Origin: an uncultured Gammaproteobacteria bacterium | Lineage (GTDB): Bacteria; Patescibacteriota; Microgenomatia; UBA8517 | Assembly (NCBI GenBank): GCA_964583685.1 | Contig: CAZOVJ010000001.1 | Span: 4,033-68,032, forward strand | DNA length: 64,000 nucleotides | Direction: 5' to 3' | Shown here: piece after piece, positions 55,912-64,000 of the stretch | Layout of the letters: the number at the start of each line of letters is the position of its first letter | How positions within the stretch are numbered: position 1 is the stretch's first letter | Program-made: the position numbers and the translations under genes | Notes under the pieces: model-generated | Database searches by the model: none | Told to the model about the DNA's origin: nothing | Seen by the model: the letters and a program-made list of their open reading frames with translations, nothing else

Positions 55912-56781
55912 ATGAAATCTCGCTGGAAATTTATTTTGGCAGGATTAGGCTTGTTTAGTCTTAGTCTCTGGCTGGCTGTTTTTACTCTTCCGGATAAAAA
56001 TCTCCATTTAATAGCCTGCGATGTGGGCCAGGGAGATGCGATTTTGTTAACCCTGGACTCAACTCAAATTTTGATTGATGGAGGACCGAATAACTCGGTT
56101 CTTGATTGTTTAGGAGAAAATATGCCTTTCTGGGACAGAAAAATAGAGTTGGTTGTCCTTTCTCACCCCCAGAAAGACCATTTTATGGGTTTAATAGATG
56201 TTTTTAAGCGATATAAAGTGGATACTGTACTGGCAAGCGGGCTTGATTCTAGCACTCAAGGATATCAAGTGCTAAAAAAGGAGGCAGGGGGTAGTGGGGC
56301 GAGAGTAGTTACTCCAGATATAGGTACGATTCTCAGGTTGGGTTTGATGGAGTTAGAGGTGGTCTGGCCCGCCTTCGCCAAGGCTTCGGCGGGCGGGCCC
56401 AGGGGTTTGGGAACATTTACTTCTAACCAAGACCCGAATGATTTTTCAATTGTTCTTAATTTAAAGCTGGTTGATTTTGATGCCTTGTTCACCGGTGATA
56501 TTGGTCCAAAGGTAACCCCCAAAATTCTTGAGACCGGTAGAATTAGGCATGTAAACTATCTCAAAGTGCCTCATCATGGCTCAAAAAATGGCCTGACAGA
56601 GGAATTACTAGAGCAAAGTAAACCGGAAATAGCCGTCATTTCTGTTGGCAAAAATCAGTGGGGCCACCCTCATCAAGAAGTGTTGGAGATGTTGGCCGAT
56701 TACGGGTTACGGGTTTTTCGGACGGATTTGGATGGAAATGTAGAGATCGTCACCGATGGACAAGATTGGTGGATACCCTAA
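55912..56781 (+). CDS. ComEC-like metallo-beta-lactamase domain protein (split comEC)
   Basis: DVGQGDA, SHPQKDH, KVPHHGS, SVGKNQWGHP. Confidence 0.9.
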   Translation: MKSRWKFILAGLGLFSLSLWLAVFTLPDKNLHLIACDVGQGDAILLTLDSTQILIDGGPNNSVLDCLGENMPFWDRKIELVVLSHPQKDHFMGLIDVFKRYKVDTVLASGLDSSTQGYQVLKKEAGGSGARVVTPDIGTILRLGLMELEVVWPAFAKASAGGPRGLGTFTSNQDPNDFSIVLNLKLVDFDALFTGDIGPKVTPKILETGRIRHVNYLKVPHHGSKNGLTEELLEQSKPEIAVISVGKNQWGHPHQEVLEMLADYGLRVFRTDLDGNVEIVTDGQDWWIP

Positions 56782-56808
56782 ATTATCTTTTGATATAAAA
56801 TATACTAC

Positions 56809-57765
56809 ATGTCGCATGAAAGAGTTGGAGAAGATATTTTTTCTATTTATCAGGAGGAGACTCTTGGTCATAGGCTACCGACAGAAGGGGAAGAGCGAGA
56901 GTTAGGGGAATATATAAGAGGAAACAAAGAGTATGATCCGGAAGAGTTGGAAGAGAGATTTCAGATGGAAGGTAACCCAGCCCAAATCTTAGCAGCTCAC
57001 TGTTATAGGCTTGCTGCCAATATCGCTAAAAAATATCAAGGATTAGGACTTCCTTATATGGATTTGATACAGGAGGGCAATGTTGGTCTATATAAAGCAG
57101 CTAAAAGATTTGATCCTGGGAAGGGTGTTAGGTTTACTAGTTTCGCGACCCTGTGGATACGTCGGGAGATTTTGCGTGCCCTGGCTAATCGAGGCCGGAT
57201 GATCAGAATTCCAGTTTATATGTTGGCACAACTTAGGGGGATGAAAAAAATAAGGGCATTTCTCAATCAAGAGCTGGGGAGGGAGCCTACCAGAGAGGAA
57301 GTTGCCCTGGAGTTAGCCAGAAGGACATTTGAGAAGAGGGAGGGTCGATCGGTCGGATTTGAAGAAATTGGTGAAGCCGCCAGAAAAAAAGCAAAAAAGA
57401 AGGTTGACCTACTCTCTAAAATAAGCCCTAGGCCATTGAGCCTTCAGCAACCAATTAATCCAGGAGATGAAGATAGTGACCTTCAGATTGATTTTATTAA
57501 GGACCAGGCACCTCAACCTGAAAGTGTTCTCTCAGAAGATAGTGAGCTTAAAGAATGCATTGCCGCCACCTTGTCTCAATTGACTCCCAGGCAAGAAAGG
57601 ATAATTAGACTGCGATTTGGTATTGACGATGGTAGAGAGCGCACACGGGAGGAAATTGCTAGAATGTTTGGTTTAAGCAGGCAGCGGATAGAGCAGATCG
57701 AAAAGGTGGCCCTTAAAAGACTTCGTCACCCGGCAAGGTCGAGGAAATTAAAACCTTTTCTTTAG
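56809..57765 (+). CDS. sigma-70 family RNA polymerase sigma factor (RpoD/RpoS-like, lacking region 1.1)
   Basis: DLIQEGNVGL..AA.RFDP.KG.RF, RMIRIPV, LGREPT, region 4 RQRIEQIE..AL..LR. Confidence 0.9.
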   Translation: MSHERVGEDIFSIYQEETLGHRLPTEGEERELGEYIRGNKEYDPEELEERFQMEGNPAQILAAHCYRLAANIAKKYQGLGLPYMDLIQEGNVGLYKAAKRFDPGKGVRFTSFATLWIRREILRALANRGRMIRIPVYMLAQLRGMKKIRAFLNQELGREPTREEVALELARRTFEKREGRSVGFEEIGEAARKKAKKKVDLLSKISPRPLSLQQPINPGDEDSDLQIDFIKDQAPQPESVLSEDSELKECIAATLSQLTPRQERIIRLRFGIDDGRERTREEIARMFGLSRQRIEQIEKVALKRLRHPARSRKLKPFL

Positions 57766-57800
57766 GACTAGTTTTAAAGAAAAAGTGATACAATGGGTCA

Positions 57801-59693
57801 GTGAAGAGAGATATTATTGTTGATGCTCTAAAAGCTGCCTCTGGAGAAAAAGAAATTAATCTTGAATTTCCCGAGAATCAGGCTCATGGAGATTATGCAA
57901 CTAATGTTGCATTGAAAATCAAAAATCAAAAATCAAAAATCAAAAGTACAAATCAAAGATTAAAACTAAAAGAATCCAGAAGTTCAAGAGAATTAGCGGA
58001 GGAAATAGCGGGCAAACTGCGAAAAGATAAGGATTTGCAGGGGATTGTTGCCAAGATAGAGGTGGCTGGGCCTGGTTTTATTAATTTCTTTTTGTCTAAA
58101 AAAGTTCTCATTGACAATCTTCAGACAGTGGTTGAGAAAGGAGAGAAATATGGCAGTTCCAATCTGGGTCAAGGCAAGACAGTGATTATTGATTATTCTT
58201 CACCAAATATTGCAAAGTATTTCGCCATAGGTCATTTACGCTCGACAATCATCGGCCAAGCGCTCTATAACATTTATGGTTTTCTTGGCTATAAGATGAT
58301 TGGCGAGAATCATTTGGGAGATTGGGGAACGCAATTTGGCATGCTTATTGCCCAGGTTGTTAGGAAAAACTTGGATATTGAGAAACTTAAAATTGCGGAC
58401 CTGGAAAGACTTTATGTTGAATTTAACCAAGCGGTTGAGAAAAGACCTGAGCTGGCTGAAAATGCAAGAGTTTGGTTTAAGAAGCTGGAGCAGGGTGACA
58501 AGGAAGCCCGAAAGATTTGGCAGGCCGCAGTTGAAATTTCTTCAAAAGAATTTAAGAGAATTTATAAACTGTTGGGGGTTGAAATTGAGAATTGGCATGG
58601 TGAAAGTTTTTATGAGAATAAGACCCAGGTAGTAATCAAGGAGGTTAGGGAAAAGGGCTTGTCCAAGAAAAGCCAGGAAGCTGAAATTATTGAATTTGAT
58701 CGCCCCGCAGTTGACGGGGCAGGCCCACCTTCGCCAAGGCTACGGCGGACAGGCCTGCCGGCAGTAATGTTGCTCAAGAGCGATGGAGCGACCACCTATT
58801 TTACTCGTGATTTGGCGGCCTTGAAATTTAGAATTAAGACCTGGAAGCCGGAGATTATTATCTATGAAGTTGGGGCAGACCAAAAGCTTCATTTTCAACA
58901 ACTATTTAGAATCGCGGATTTGTTGGGTTGGGTTAAGGGAAGAAAATTTGTTCATATTGCTCATGGTTTGATACGTTTTGAGCATGGCAAAATGTCCACC
59001 AGGCGGGGCCAGACAGTTAAATTAGAGAAGGTTCTGGTAGAAGCAATCCAAAGAGCGAGAAAAATCATTGAGGAATCAGGAACAGGCAGTGGCCTGCCTC
59101 GCCGAGTCAAGGCGGGCCTGTCGGAAAAAGAAAAGGAGAGAATTAGCAGGATGGTGGGTATCGGAGCAATTAAATATTTTGATTTGTCCCATCATTATTC
59201 TTCGGACATCATTTTTGATTGGGAAAAGCTTTTTGTTCTGACCGGAAATTCCGGGCCATATTTACAATACACCTGCGCTAGAACACAAAGTGTTCTAGCT
59301 AAAATCAAAAACCTGCCCGTCCGGCAGGCGGGTCAAAAATCAAAAATCAAAACTACAGATGAAAAATCAAATAATAAAAACAGTTTTGATGATTGGGATT
59401 TAGAAATTAACGACGAAGAATCTTTGCTTCTGAGGAGTTTAGGCCAATTTCCCGAAATAATCATTGATGTCGCCAAAAATTACTCACCCAACCTTTTATG
59501 CAACTATCTTTTTGAGCTGGCCCAAAAATATAATACCTTTTATGAGCGTCATCGGATCCTTAACGCTAAAGCAAAAAATAAAGAACAAAGTGCCCAGTTA
59601 AAAAAATTGAGAATCGCTATCACTATGGCTGTTAGCCAGGTTCTTAAAAACGGCCTAACTCTTCTGGGGATAGAGTCTCCGGAGAGAATGTAG
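57801..59693 (+). CDS. argS: arginine--tRNA ligase
   Basis: HGDYATN, DYSSPNIAK..IGHLRST, NHLGDWGTQFG, KMSTRRG, GPYLQY. Confidence 0.97.
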   Translation: MKRDIIVDALKAASGEKEINLEFPENQAHGDYATNVALKIKNQKSKIKSTNQRLKLKESRSSRELAEEIAGKLRKDKDLQGIVAKIEVAGPGFINFFLSKKVLIDNLQTVVEKGEKYGSSNLGQGKTVIIDYSSPNIAKYFAIGHLRSTIIGQALYNIYGFLGYKMIGENHLGDWGTQFGMLIAQVVRKNLDIEKLKIADLERLYVEFNQAVEKRPELAENARVWFKKLEQGDKEARKIWQAAVEISSKEFKRIYKLLGVEIENWHGESFYENKTQVVIKEVREKGLSKKSQEAEIIEFDRPAVDGAGPPSPRLRRTGLPAVMLLKSDGATTYFTRDLAALKFRIKTWKPEIIIYEVGADQKLHFQQLFRIADLLGWVKGRKFVHIAHGLIRFEHGKMSTRRGQTVKLEKVLVEAIQRARKIIEESGTGSGLPRRVKAGLSEKEKERISRMVGIGAIKYFDLSHHYSSDIIFDWEKLFVLTGNSGPYLQYTCARTQSVLAKIKNLPVRQAGQKSKIKTTDEKSNNKNSFDDWDLEINDEESLLLRSLGQFPEIIIDVAKNYSPNLLCNYLFELAQKYNTFYERHRILNAKAKNKEQSAQLKKLRIAITMAVSQVLKNGLTLLGIESPERM

Positions 59694-59726
59694 ATTGAGA
59701 CCTACCGTGATAAAATAAATGAATTT

Positions 59727-61007
59727 ATGAAGCATAAATTGATAACTTTAGAGAATGATTTGCGGCTAATTGTTGCCCCAATTCCCAGTTTGGCCTCAGC
59801 CACCATTACTGTTTGGGTTGGTACTGGCTCAAGGTTTGAAGCTCCAAGAACCAGTGGACTTAGTCACTTTTTGGAGCACATGGTTTTCAAAGGCAGTCAA
59901 AAGAGGCCTTCGGCCAAGCTGATTGCCCAGGCCGTTGATGCGATTGGAGGAGAGTTTAATGCTGGTACAACCAAAGAATGGACCAATTTTTATATCAAAG
60001 TTCGCAATCAAAGGCTTGGACTAGCCTTTGATGTTCTTTCCGATATGGTCCTCAACCCTCTTTTGAAAAAGGAGGATATCGAACGGGAAAAGGGAGTTAT
60101 TGTTGAGGAAATCGCCATGTGTGAGGATACTCCGGCCATGAGAATTGGCCATGTTTTTGAACAAGTAATTTTTCAGGGAACTTCTTTGGCAAGAGATATT
60201 ATTGGTACGGCCAAGACAGTCAAGGGGATGAAGAGAGTGGATTTTCAACGATATAGAAAGAGATATTATTATCCTGAGAATATTGTTCTTACTGTATCCG
60301 GAGGCATTGTTGAAAAAGATGCGTTAAAACTGGCTAAAAAGTATTTTGGGGAAATTAAGCTCGGGGCTAAATCTCAAGTAGGAGAGACAGGCTTTCAGTC
60401 GAGCCAAAAAAAGCCGAGATTTAAACTTTATCCTAAGAAAAAGGAACAGGCCCATTTTATTTTGGGATTTTTGGCTAGTCCCAGGGGTCACAGGGATAGA
60501 TATATTGAGGCTGTGCTTGCCACTATTTTGGGAGGAGGAATGAGCTCACGGCTTTTTAGCGAGATTAGAGAGAAACGGGGATTGGCTTATGCTGTTAAGA
60601 CAGGCGTGGATTCATATCGGGATACCGGTTATCTGGCCACTTATGCAGGTGTTGACCCGAAAAGGATTGAGGAAGCGGTCAAGGTTATGCTTGAAGAGCA
60701 CTCTAAAATCTCCCGCTCCGCGGGAAAAAATCAGGAGTTAAAAAAAGCGAAGGAGTATGTTAAGGGACATTTGGCTCTAGTCCTGGAAGATACCAAGAGT
60801 GTGAATGAGTTTTTTGGTATAGAAGAGCTTCTTTTAGGCAAGACCAGGACTCCGGAGCAAGTTTTTCAAGCGATTGACAAGGTGACGATTCAAGATGTGA
60901 TTCGGGTAGCCAAAAAGTTATTCGTGCCTGAAAAGCTTAATCTGACGATAATCGGACCTTACAGGGCATCTGTCCGTTTTGAGCGGCTCATTTCCAGTTT
61001 CCATTGA
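59727..61007 (+). CDS. M16 (pitrilysin/PqqL-like) zinc peptidase
   Basis: HFLEHM (HxxEH), LGGGMSSRLF.EIREKRGLAY. Confidence 0.93.
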   Translation: MKHKLITLENDLRLIVAPIPSLASATITVWVGTGSRFEAPRTSGLSHFLEHMVFKGSQKRPSAKLIAQAVDAIGGEFNAGTTKEWTNFYIKVRNQRLGLAFDVLSDMVLNPLLKKEDIEREKGVIVEEIAMCEDTPAMRIGHVFEQVIFQGTSLARDIIGTAKTVKGMKRVDFQRYRKRYYYPENIVLTVSGGIVEKDALKLAKKYFGEIKLGAKSQVGETGFQSSQKKPRFKLYPKKKEQAHFILGFLASPRGHRDRYIEAVLATILGGGMSSRLFSEIREKRGLAYAVKTGVDSYRDTGYLATYAGVDPKRIEEAVKVMLEEHSKISRSAGKNQELKKAKEYVKGHLALVLEDTKSVNEFFGIEELLLGKTRTPEQVFQAIDKVTIQDVIRVAKKLFVPEKLNLTIIGPYRASVRFERLISSFH

Positions 61008-61014
61008 TTATTAG

Positions 61015-61171
61015 TCGGGGACCCGGGAGTCGAACCCGGAATCTGTCCGCAAAAAATGGTCGGAGCGGGCGGACTCGAACCGCCGACCTCGTCGTCCCGA
61101 ACGACGCGCGCTGCCATCTGCGCTACGCTCCGATGTTTAGGCGGACCGCTCTACCATTGAGCCAGTCCCTG
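61015..61171 (-). ncRNA. outer tRNA-shaped RNA whose anticodon loop contains tRNA-Pro(CGG)
   Basis: 5' half CAGGGAC-TG-GCTC-AATGGTA-GAGC-G-GTCCGC and 3' half GCGGAC-AGATT-CCGGG-TTCGACT-CCCGG-GTCCCCG-A pair with each other. Confidence 0.7.
61057..61132 (-). tRNA. tRNA-Pro(CGG) with encoded CCA
   Basis: CGGAGCG...CGTCG-TTCGGGA-CGACG...GGCGGTTCGAGTCCGCC-CGCTCCG-ACCA, a perfect 76-nt cloverleaf. Confidence 0.95.
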
Positions 61172-61189
61172 TAATATTTATTTTAGCAA

Positions 61190-61957
61190 ATGTTAGGCAA
61201 ATTATATATAGTCGCCACTCCAATAGGGAATTTGGCAGATATTAGTCAAAGAGCCCTGGGAATTTTGCGAAAAGTTGATTTGATTTTGGCTGAGGATACC
61301 AGGGTTGTTAAAAAACTTTTGACAAATTACAAAATAAAAAAGACTCTTACTAGCTACCATCAGCATAGTTCTATATCTAAAAAGGAGGGTATTTTAACAC
61401 ATCTTGTCAAGGGCAAAATTTTGGCTTTGGTGAGCGATGCTGGAACCCCGGGGATTTCTGATCCAGGTAATGAATTAATAGATTTCTTACTGGCCAGAGA
61501 GCCGAAGATAAGGATTATCCCGATTCCAGGAGCTTCAGCCTTGACTGCCGCCTTGTCGGTTTGCGGATTTAATATATCAAAATATATATTTCTAGGTTTT
61601 CTAGTCAAAAGAAAACGCCAGAAACTTTTTCAATGGCTGGCTGAAAGTAAGTTAACCTTTGTCTTTTTCGATTCACCAAAGCGGATTTTGAAGACACTTG
61701 AGAGTTTGATAGAGTTTTTTGGTGGCCAGAGGCGGGCCCGCCTCGACTCGCCGTCTTCGGCGAGGCGGGTCTTTGTCGGCCGAGAGATGACCAAGATGCA
61801 CGAAACTTTATATCGGGGGAGTTTGGAAGAGGTAAAGAAGCAATTGGAGCAGGAGAAAAAGATTAGAGGGGAAATAGTGGTGGTGGTGGAAGGGGGTGCC
61901 CTCAGTAGGAATCGAACCTGCATCTCCCCTTTAGGAGAGGGGTGCTCTATCCGTTGA
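61190..61957 (+). CDS. rsmI: 16S rRNA C1402 2'-O-methyltransferase
   Basis: LYIVATPIGNL.DI..RA, AEDTR, SDAGTPGISDPG, REMTKMHE, RGEIVVVVEG. Confidence 0.95.
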   Translation: MLGKLYIVATPIGNLADISQRALGILRKVDLILAEDTRVVKKLLTNYKIKKTLTSYHQHSSISKKEGILTHLVKGKILALVSDAGTPGISDPGNELIDFLLAREPKIRIIPIPGASALTAALSVCGFNISKYIFLGFLVKRKRQKLFQWLAESKLTFVFFDSPKRILKTLESLIEFFGGQRRARLDSPSSARRVFVGREMTKMHETLYRGSLEEVKKQLEQEKKIRGEIVVVVEGGALSRNRTCISPLGEGCSIR

Positions 61958-61968
61958 GCTATGAGGGC
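61897..61968 (-). tRNA. tRNA-Arg(CCT)
   Basis: GCCCTCA...CCCCT-CTCCTAA-AGGGG...TGAGGGCA; one C-A mismatch in the T stem; overlaps the rsmI 3' end on the opposite strand. Confidence 0.88.
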
Positions 61969-62028
61969 CTGCCCGCCATGCTATGCAAGGCGTTGCGGGA
62001 GGACCTGCCTTGATATTATAACAGATTT

Positions 62029-62126
62029 CAAGAAAACCCCGAATTGAAAATTCGGGGATGAATTGAACCTGATATGTCATCCTCCTTTAGAGGAAACTCC
62101 GCACTTTTAGTGCGGAGAGGATGTCA
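62029..62126 (+). mobile_element. IS200/IS605-type miniature non-autonomous element (two hairpin ends, no transposase)
   Basis: CAAGAAAA-CCCCGAATT-GAA-AATTCGGGG-ATGAA ... GAAA-CTCCGCACT-TTT-AGTGCGGAG-AGGATGTCA resembles IS605-family left and right ends. Confidence 0.55.
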
Positions 62127-62143
62127 TAGCAAATTTCAGGTTT

Positions 62144-63391
62144 TTATTTCAGACTGAGGAAGTAAAGATTGGGTGGGGCTGAATTGGCTCCCAGATTGGT
62201 CAAAATTAGCAATTTTGAGCCGTTGGCAAAGGGGTAAGCATGGGGAGCAACATAAGAACCTGAATATATTGCTTGAAGATTGGTGGCGTCGTAATCTGAA
62301 ATCATAATCTTATCTTTTTTAGGAAGAATGAGGTGCCGGGAGGTTGGAAACCAATAAACAACCTGGTCAGCATCGCTAACCCCAAAATTGCGGTCTTCTT
62401 TGGTATCATAAACATATTTTTTACCTGGTTTTATATTTCTTTTTTGTTTTTGAGTAGAGGAACCGGGCAGAGGTTTAATGAGACCTTCAGGCAGGAAAGC
62501 ACTGGCCGAGGCAGTATAGAGGATTTTTTTTTCGTCTGGCGAAAACTGAATATTACTGGCTTTTCGCTTGAAGATATCTTCCAGTTCGTCGGGAAGTTTA
62601 GCTAGTTGGGCCTGGAGGCGCTTTTCTTTCTTTTTATTCCATTCTGACAAGATTTTGTCTACCTGATTAGTGATGTTTACCCTTTGATTTTGAGGAGTGA
62701 AGTCTCCAGTTTTCAGGAGGAAGACGCCCGCCTGCGCCAAGGCTTCGGCGGGCAGACCCAGCCTGTCGGCGGACAGGCCCGCCCCGGTGGTTAAAAGAAT
62801 TTCTCTGGAATCCGGAGACCATTCCCAGTTGGCTCCGGAGAGGTCGCCATCAGTTATTTGTCGCGGTTCTTTTCGAAAACCAATTGGCAAATCCACCAGT
62901 TCAGTAAGCCAGAGTCCCGCCTTATCGGCGGGCAGACCCAGCCTGTCGGCGGGCAGGCCCGCATTGCTATTAACAACTACAGCATAGGCAATTTTACTGA
63001 GATCCGGAGATATTTGAGGGTTGAACACGCCAGAGAAGGTTAAGGCCGAAAGGGAGGGTGCAGCTGGGAAAAGGACGACATCTATTTGGGTGACAATTTC
63101 CTTTTCAATTACCAATCTTTTTTGCCAGGGTAGGAAACCCTCTTTTTTGATGAGAACATCATAGGTTCTTGGAGAGAGAGAAATTGTATTGTTGGTAGCG
63201 GTTTTCAGTTCACCATTGATAAATACTTGGGCGCCGTTGGGATCAGAATTGGCAACCAAAAGCCCGTTTGGCATTAGACGGAAGGTGTTCGTGTCCAGTC
63301 TATAGCCCCGAACATAGAGTGAAGCGGCAATGGCCAAAGCAAGTATGATAAATAGGCTAAAGAAAAAAATTCCGACACGGACTTTGGTCAT
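62144..63391 (-). CDS. PEGA-domain membrane protein with TolB-like propeller segments
   Basis: TM, NSDPNGAQVFING...YDVLIKKEGFLPW (PEGA), SPD repeats. Confidence 0.8.
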   Translation of the reverse strand: MTKVRVGIFFFSLFIILALAIAASLYVRGYRLDTNTFRLMPNGLLVANSDPNGAQVFINGELKTATNNTISLSPRTYDVLIKKEGFLPWQKRLVIEKEIVTQIDVVLFPAAPSLSALTFSGVFNPQISPDLSKIAYAVVVNSNAGLPADRLGLPADKAGLWLTELVDLPIGFRKEPRQITDGDLSGANWEWSPDSREILLTTGAGLSADRLGLPAEALAQAGVFLLKTGDFTPQNQRVNITNQVDKILSEWNKKKEKRLQAQLAKLPDELEDIFKRKASNIQFSPDEKKILYTASASAFLPEGLIKPLPGSSTQKQKRNIKPGKKYVYDTKEDRNFGVSDADQVVYWFPTSRHLILPKKDKIMISDYDATNLQAIYSGSYVAPHAYPFANGSKLLILTNLGANSAPPNLYFLSLK

Positions 63392-63540
63392 ATGCCAATT
63401 ATACTACTTTTCCTCTTGTTGACTACCAGACTTCTCAATATAATGGCAAAAGAGATAGGAATGAAGAAGTATATCTTATTATTAACAAAATATATTATAC
63501 AATATCATCTAAATTCAAAAGTTAGAGAAATTTCAAATTT

Positions 63541-64000
63541 ATGTTAAGGAAAAAGATAGCCATAGATTTGGGAACGGCAAACACCTTGGTTTGGATTGTT
63601 GGCGAGGGGCTCGTGGCCAATGAGCCTACTGTTGTAGCCATGTCCGTGGAAGACAATAAAATTGTGGCAATAGGAGAAGAGGCCAAGAGGATGATGGGCC
63701 GGACCCCGGAAAATCTTATTGCTTCGCGGCCAATGCGTGAGGGAGTGATTGCTGATTATCGGGTAACAGAAGCAATGCTCAGATATTTTATTACCAAGGT
63801 TTCAGGTAGGTTGCAATTTTTCAAGCCAGAGGTGATGGTTTGTGTTCCGGCAGGTTGTACCCAAGTTGAGCGCCGGGCCGCTCTTGATGCTACCCTGGCG
63901 GCCGGGGTTGCCCGTGCCTATCTTATTGAAGAGCCTTTAGCCGCAGCCATTGGTGCCAATATCCCGGTTTCCGCACCCAGTGGACACATGATAGTTGATA
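63541..64000 (+). CDS. mreB: rod shape-determining protein MreB (partial; runs off the window's right edge)
   Basis: MLRKKIAIDLGTANTLV...NEPTVVA...GRTPENL...RPMREGVIADY...TQVERRA. Confidence 0.93.
   Translation, partial: MLRKKIAIDLGTANTLVWIVGEGLVANEPTVVAMSVEDNKIVAIGEEAKRMMGRTPENLIASRPMREGVIADYRVTEAMLRYFITKVSGRLQFFKPEVMVCVPAGCTQVERRAALDATLAAGVARAYLIEEPLAAAIGANIPVSAPSGHMIVD

Noticed and set aside
61015-61171. tmRNA, or a tRNA with a group I intron
   Set aside because: No Ala G3:U70 acceptor or tag ORF, a full D arm is present, and the 90-nt insert is almost entirely a tRNA with no ribozyme core.
7280-63391. Alternative genetic code (TGA recoded)
   Set aside because: Conserved genes and 8-kb ORFs are intact under the standard code, and TGA ends several genes.

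Overview
Bacterial chromosome window, standard genetic code. It is probably from a Patescibacteria/CPR (Microgenomates-like) organism; this is inferred from the 23S-5S locus with no 16S gene, the intron-laden rRNA, split comEC and giant surface proteins. Left end: a partial VirD4/TraG-like ATPase, tRNA-Ile and tRNA-Ala, a 23S rRNA with two LAGLIDADG-encoding group I introns (E. coli sites 1951 and 2593) plus a hairpin insertion, an expanded 5S rRNA, then rpsA-like, radA and a sortase. An accessory region (~15.9-27.4 kb) holds TA modules, a radical SAM/SPASM-RRE enzyme with a Cys/Asp-rich peptide inside 31-bp direct repeats, and duplicated surface-protein cassettes. Next come rho, a LysM/M23 peptidase, and two giant surface proteins (2750 and 2593 aa); the second begins with an integrase core-binding-like segment and contains shuffled near-identical modules. 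The right end has leuS, comEA/comEC, a sigma factor, argS, an M16 peptidase, rsmI and mreB. Top oddities: (1) an intact tRNA-Pro(CGG) nested in the anticodon loop of a second tRNA-shaped RNA; (2) an MftC/MftB-like RiPP maturase with a novel-looking precursor; (3) catalytically empty integrase core-binding domains tied to a giant surface filament; (4) short GC palindromes and heptamer tracts inserted in-frame in housekeeping genes and in rRNA. All protein calls come from motif recognition by eye; no searches were run.
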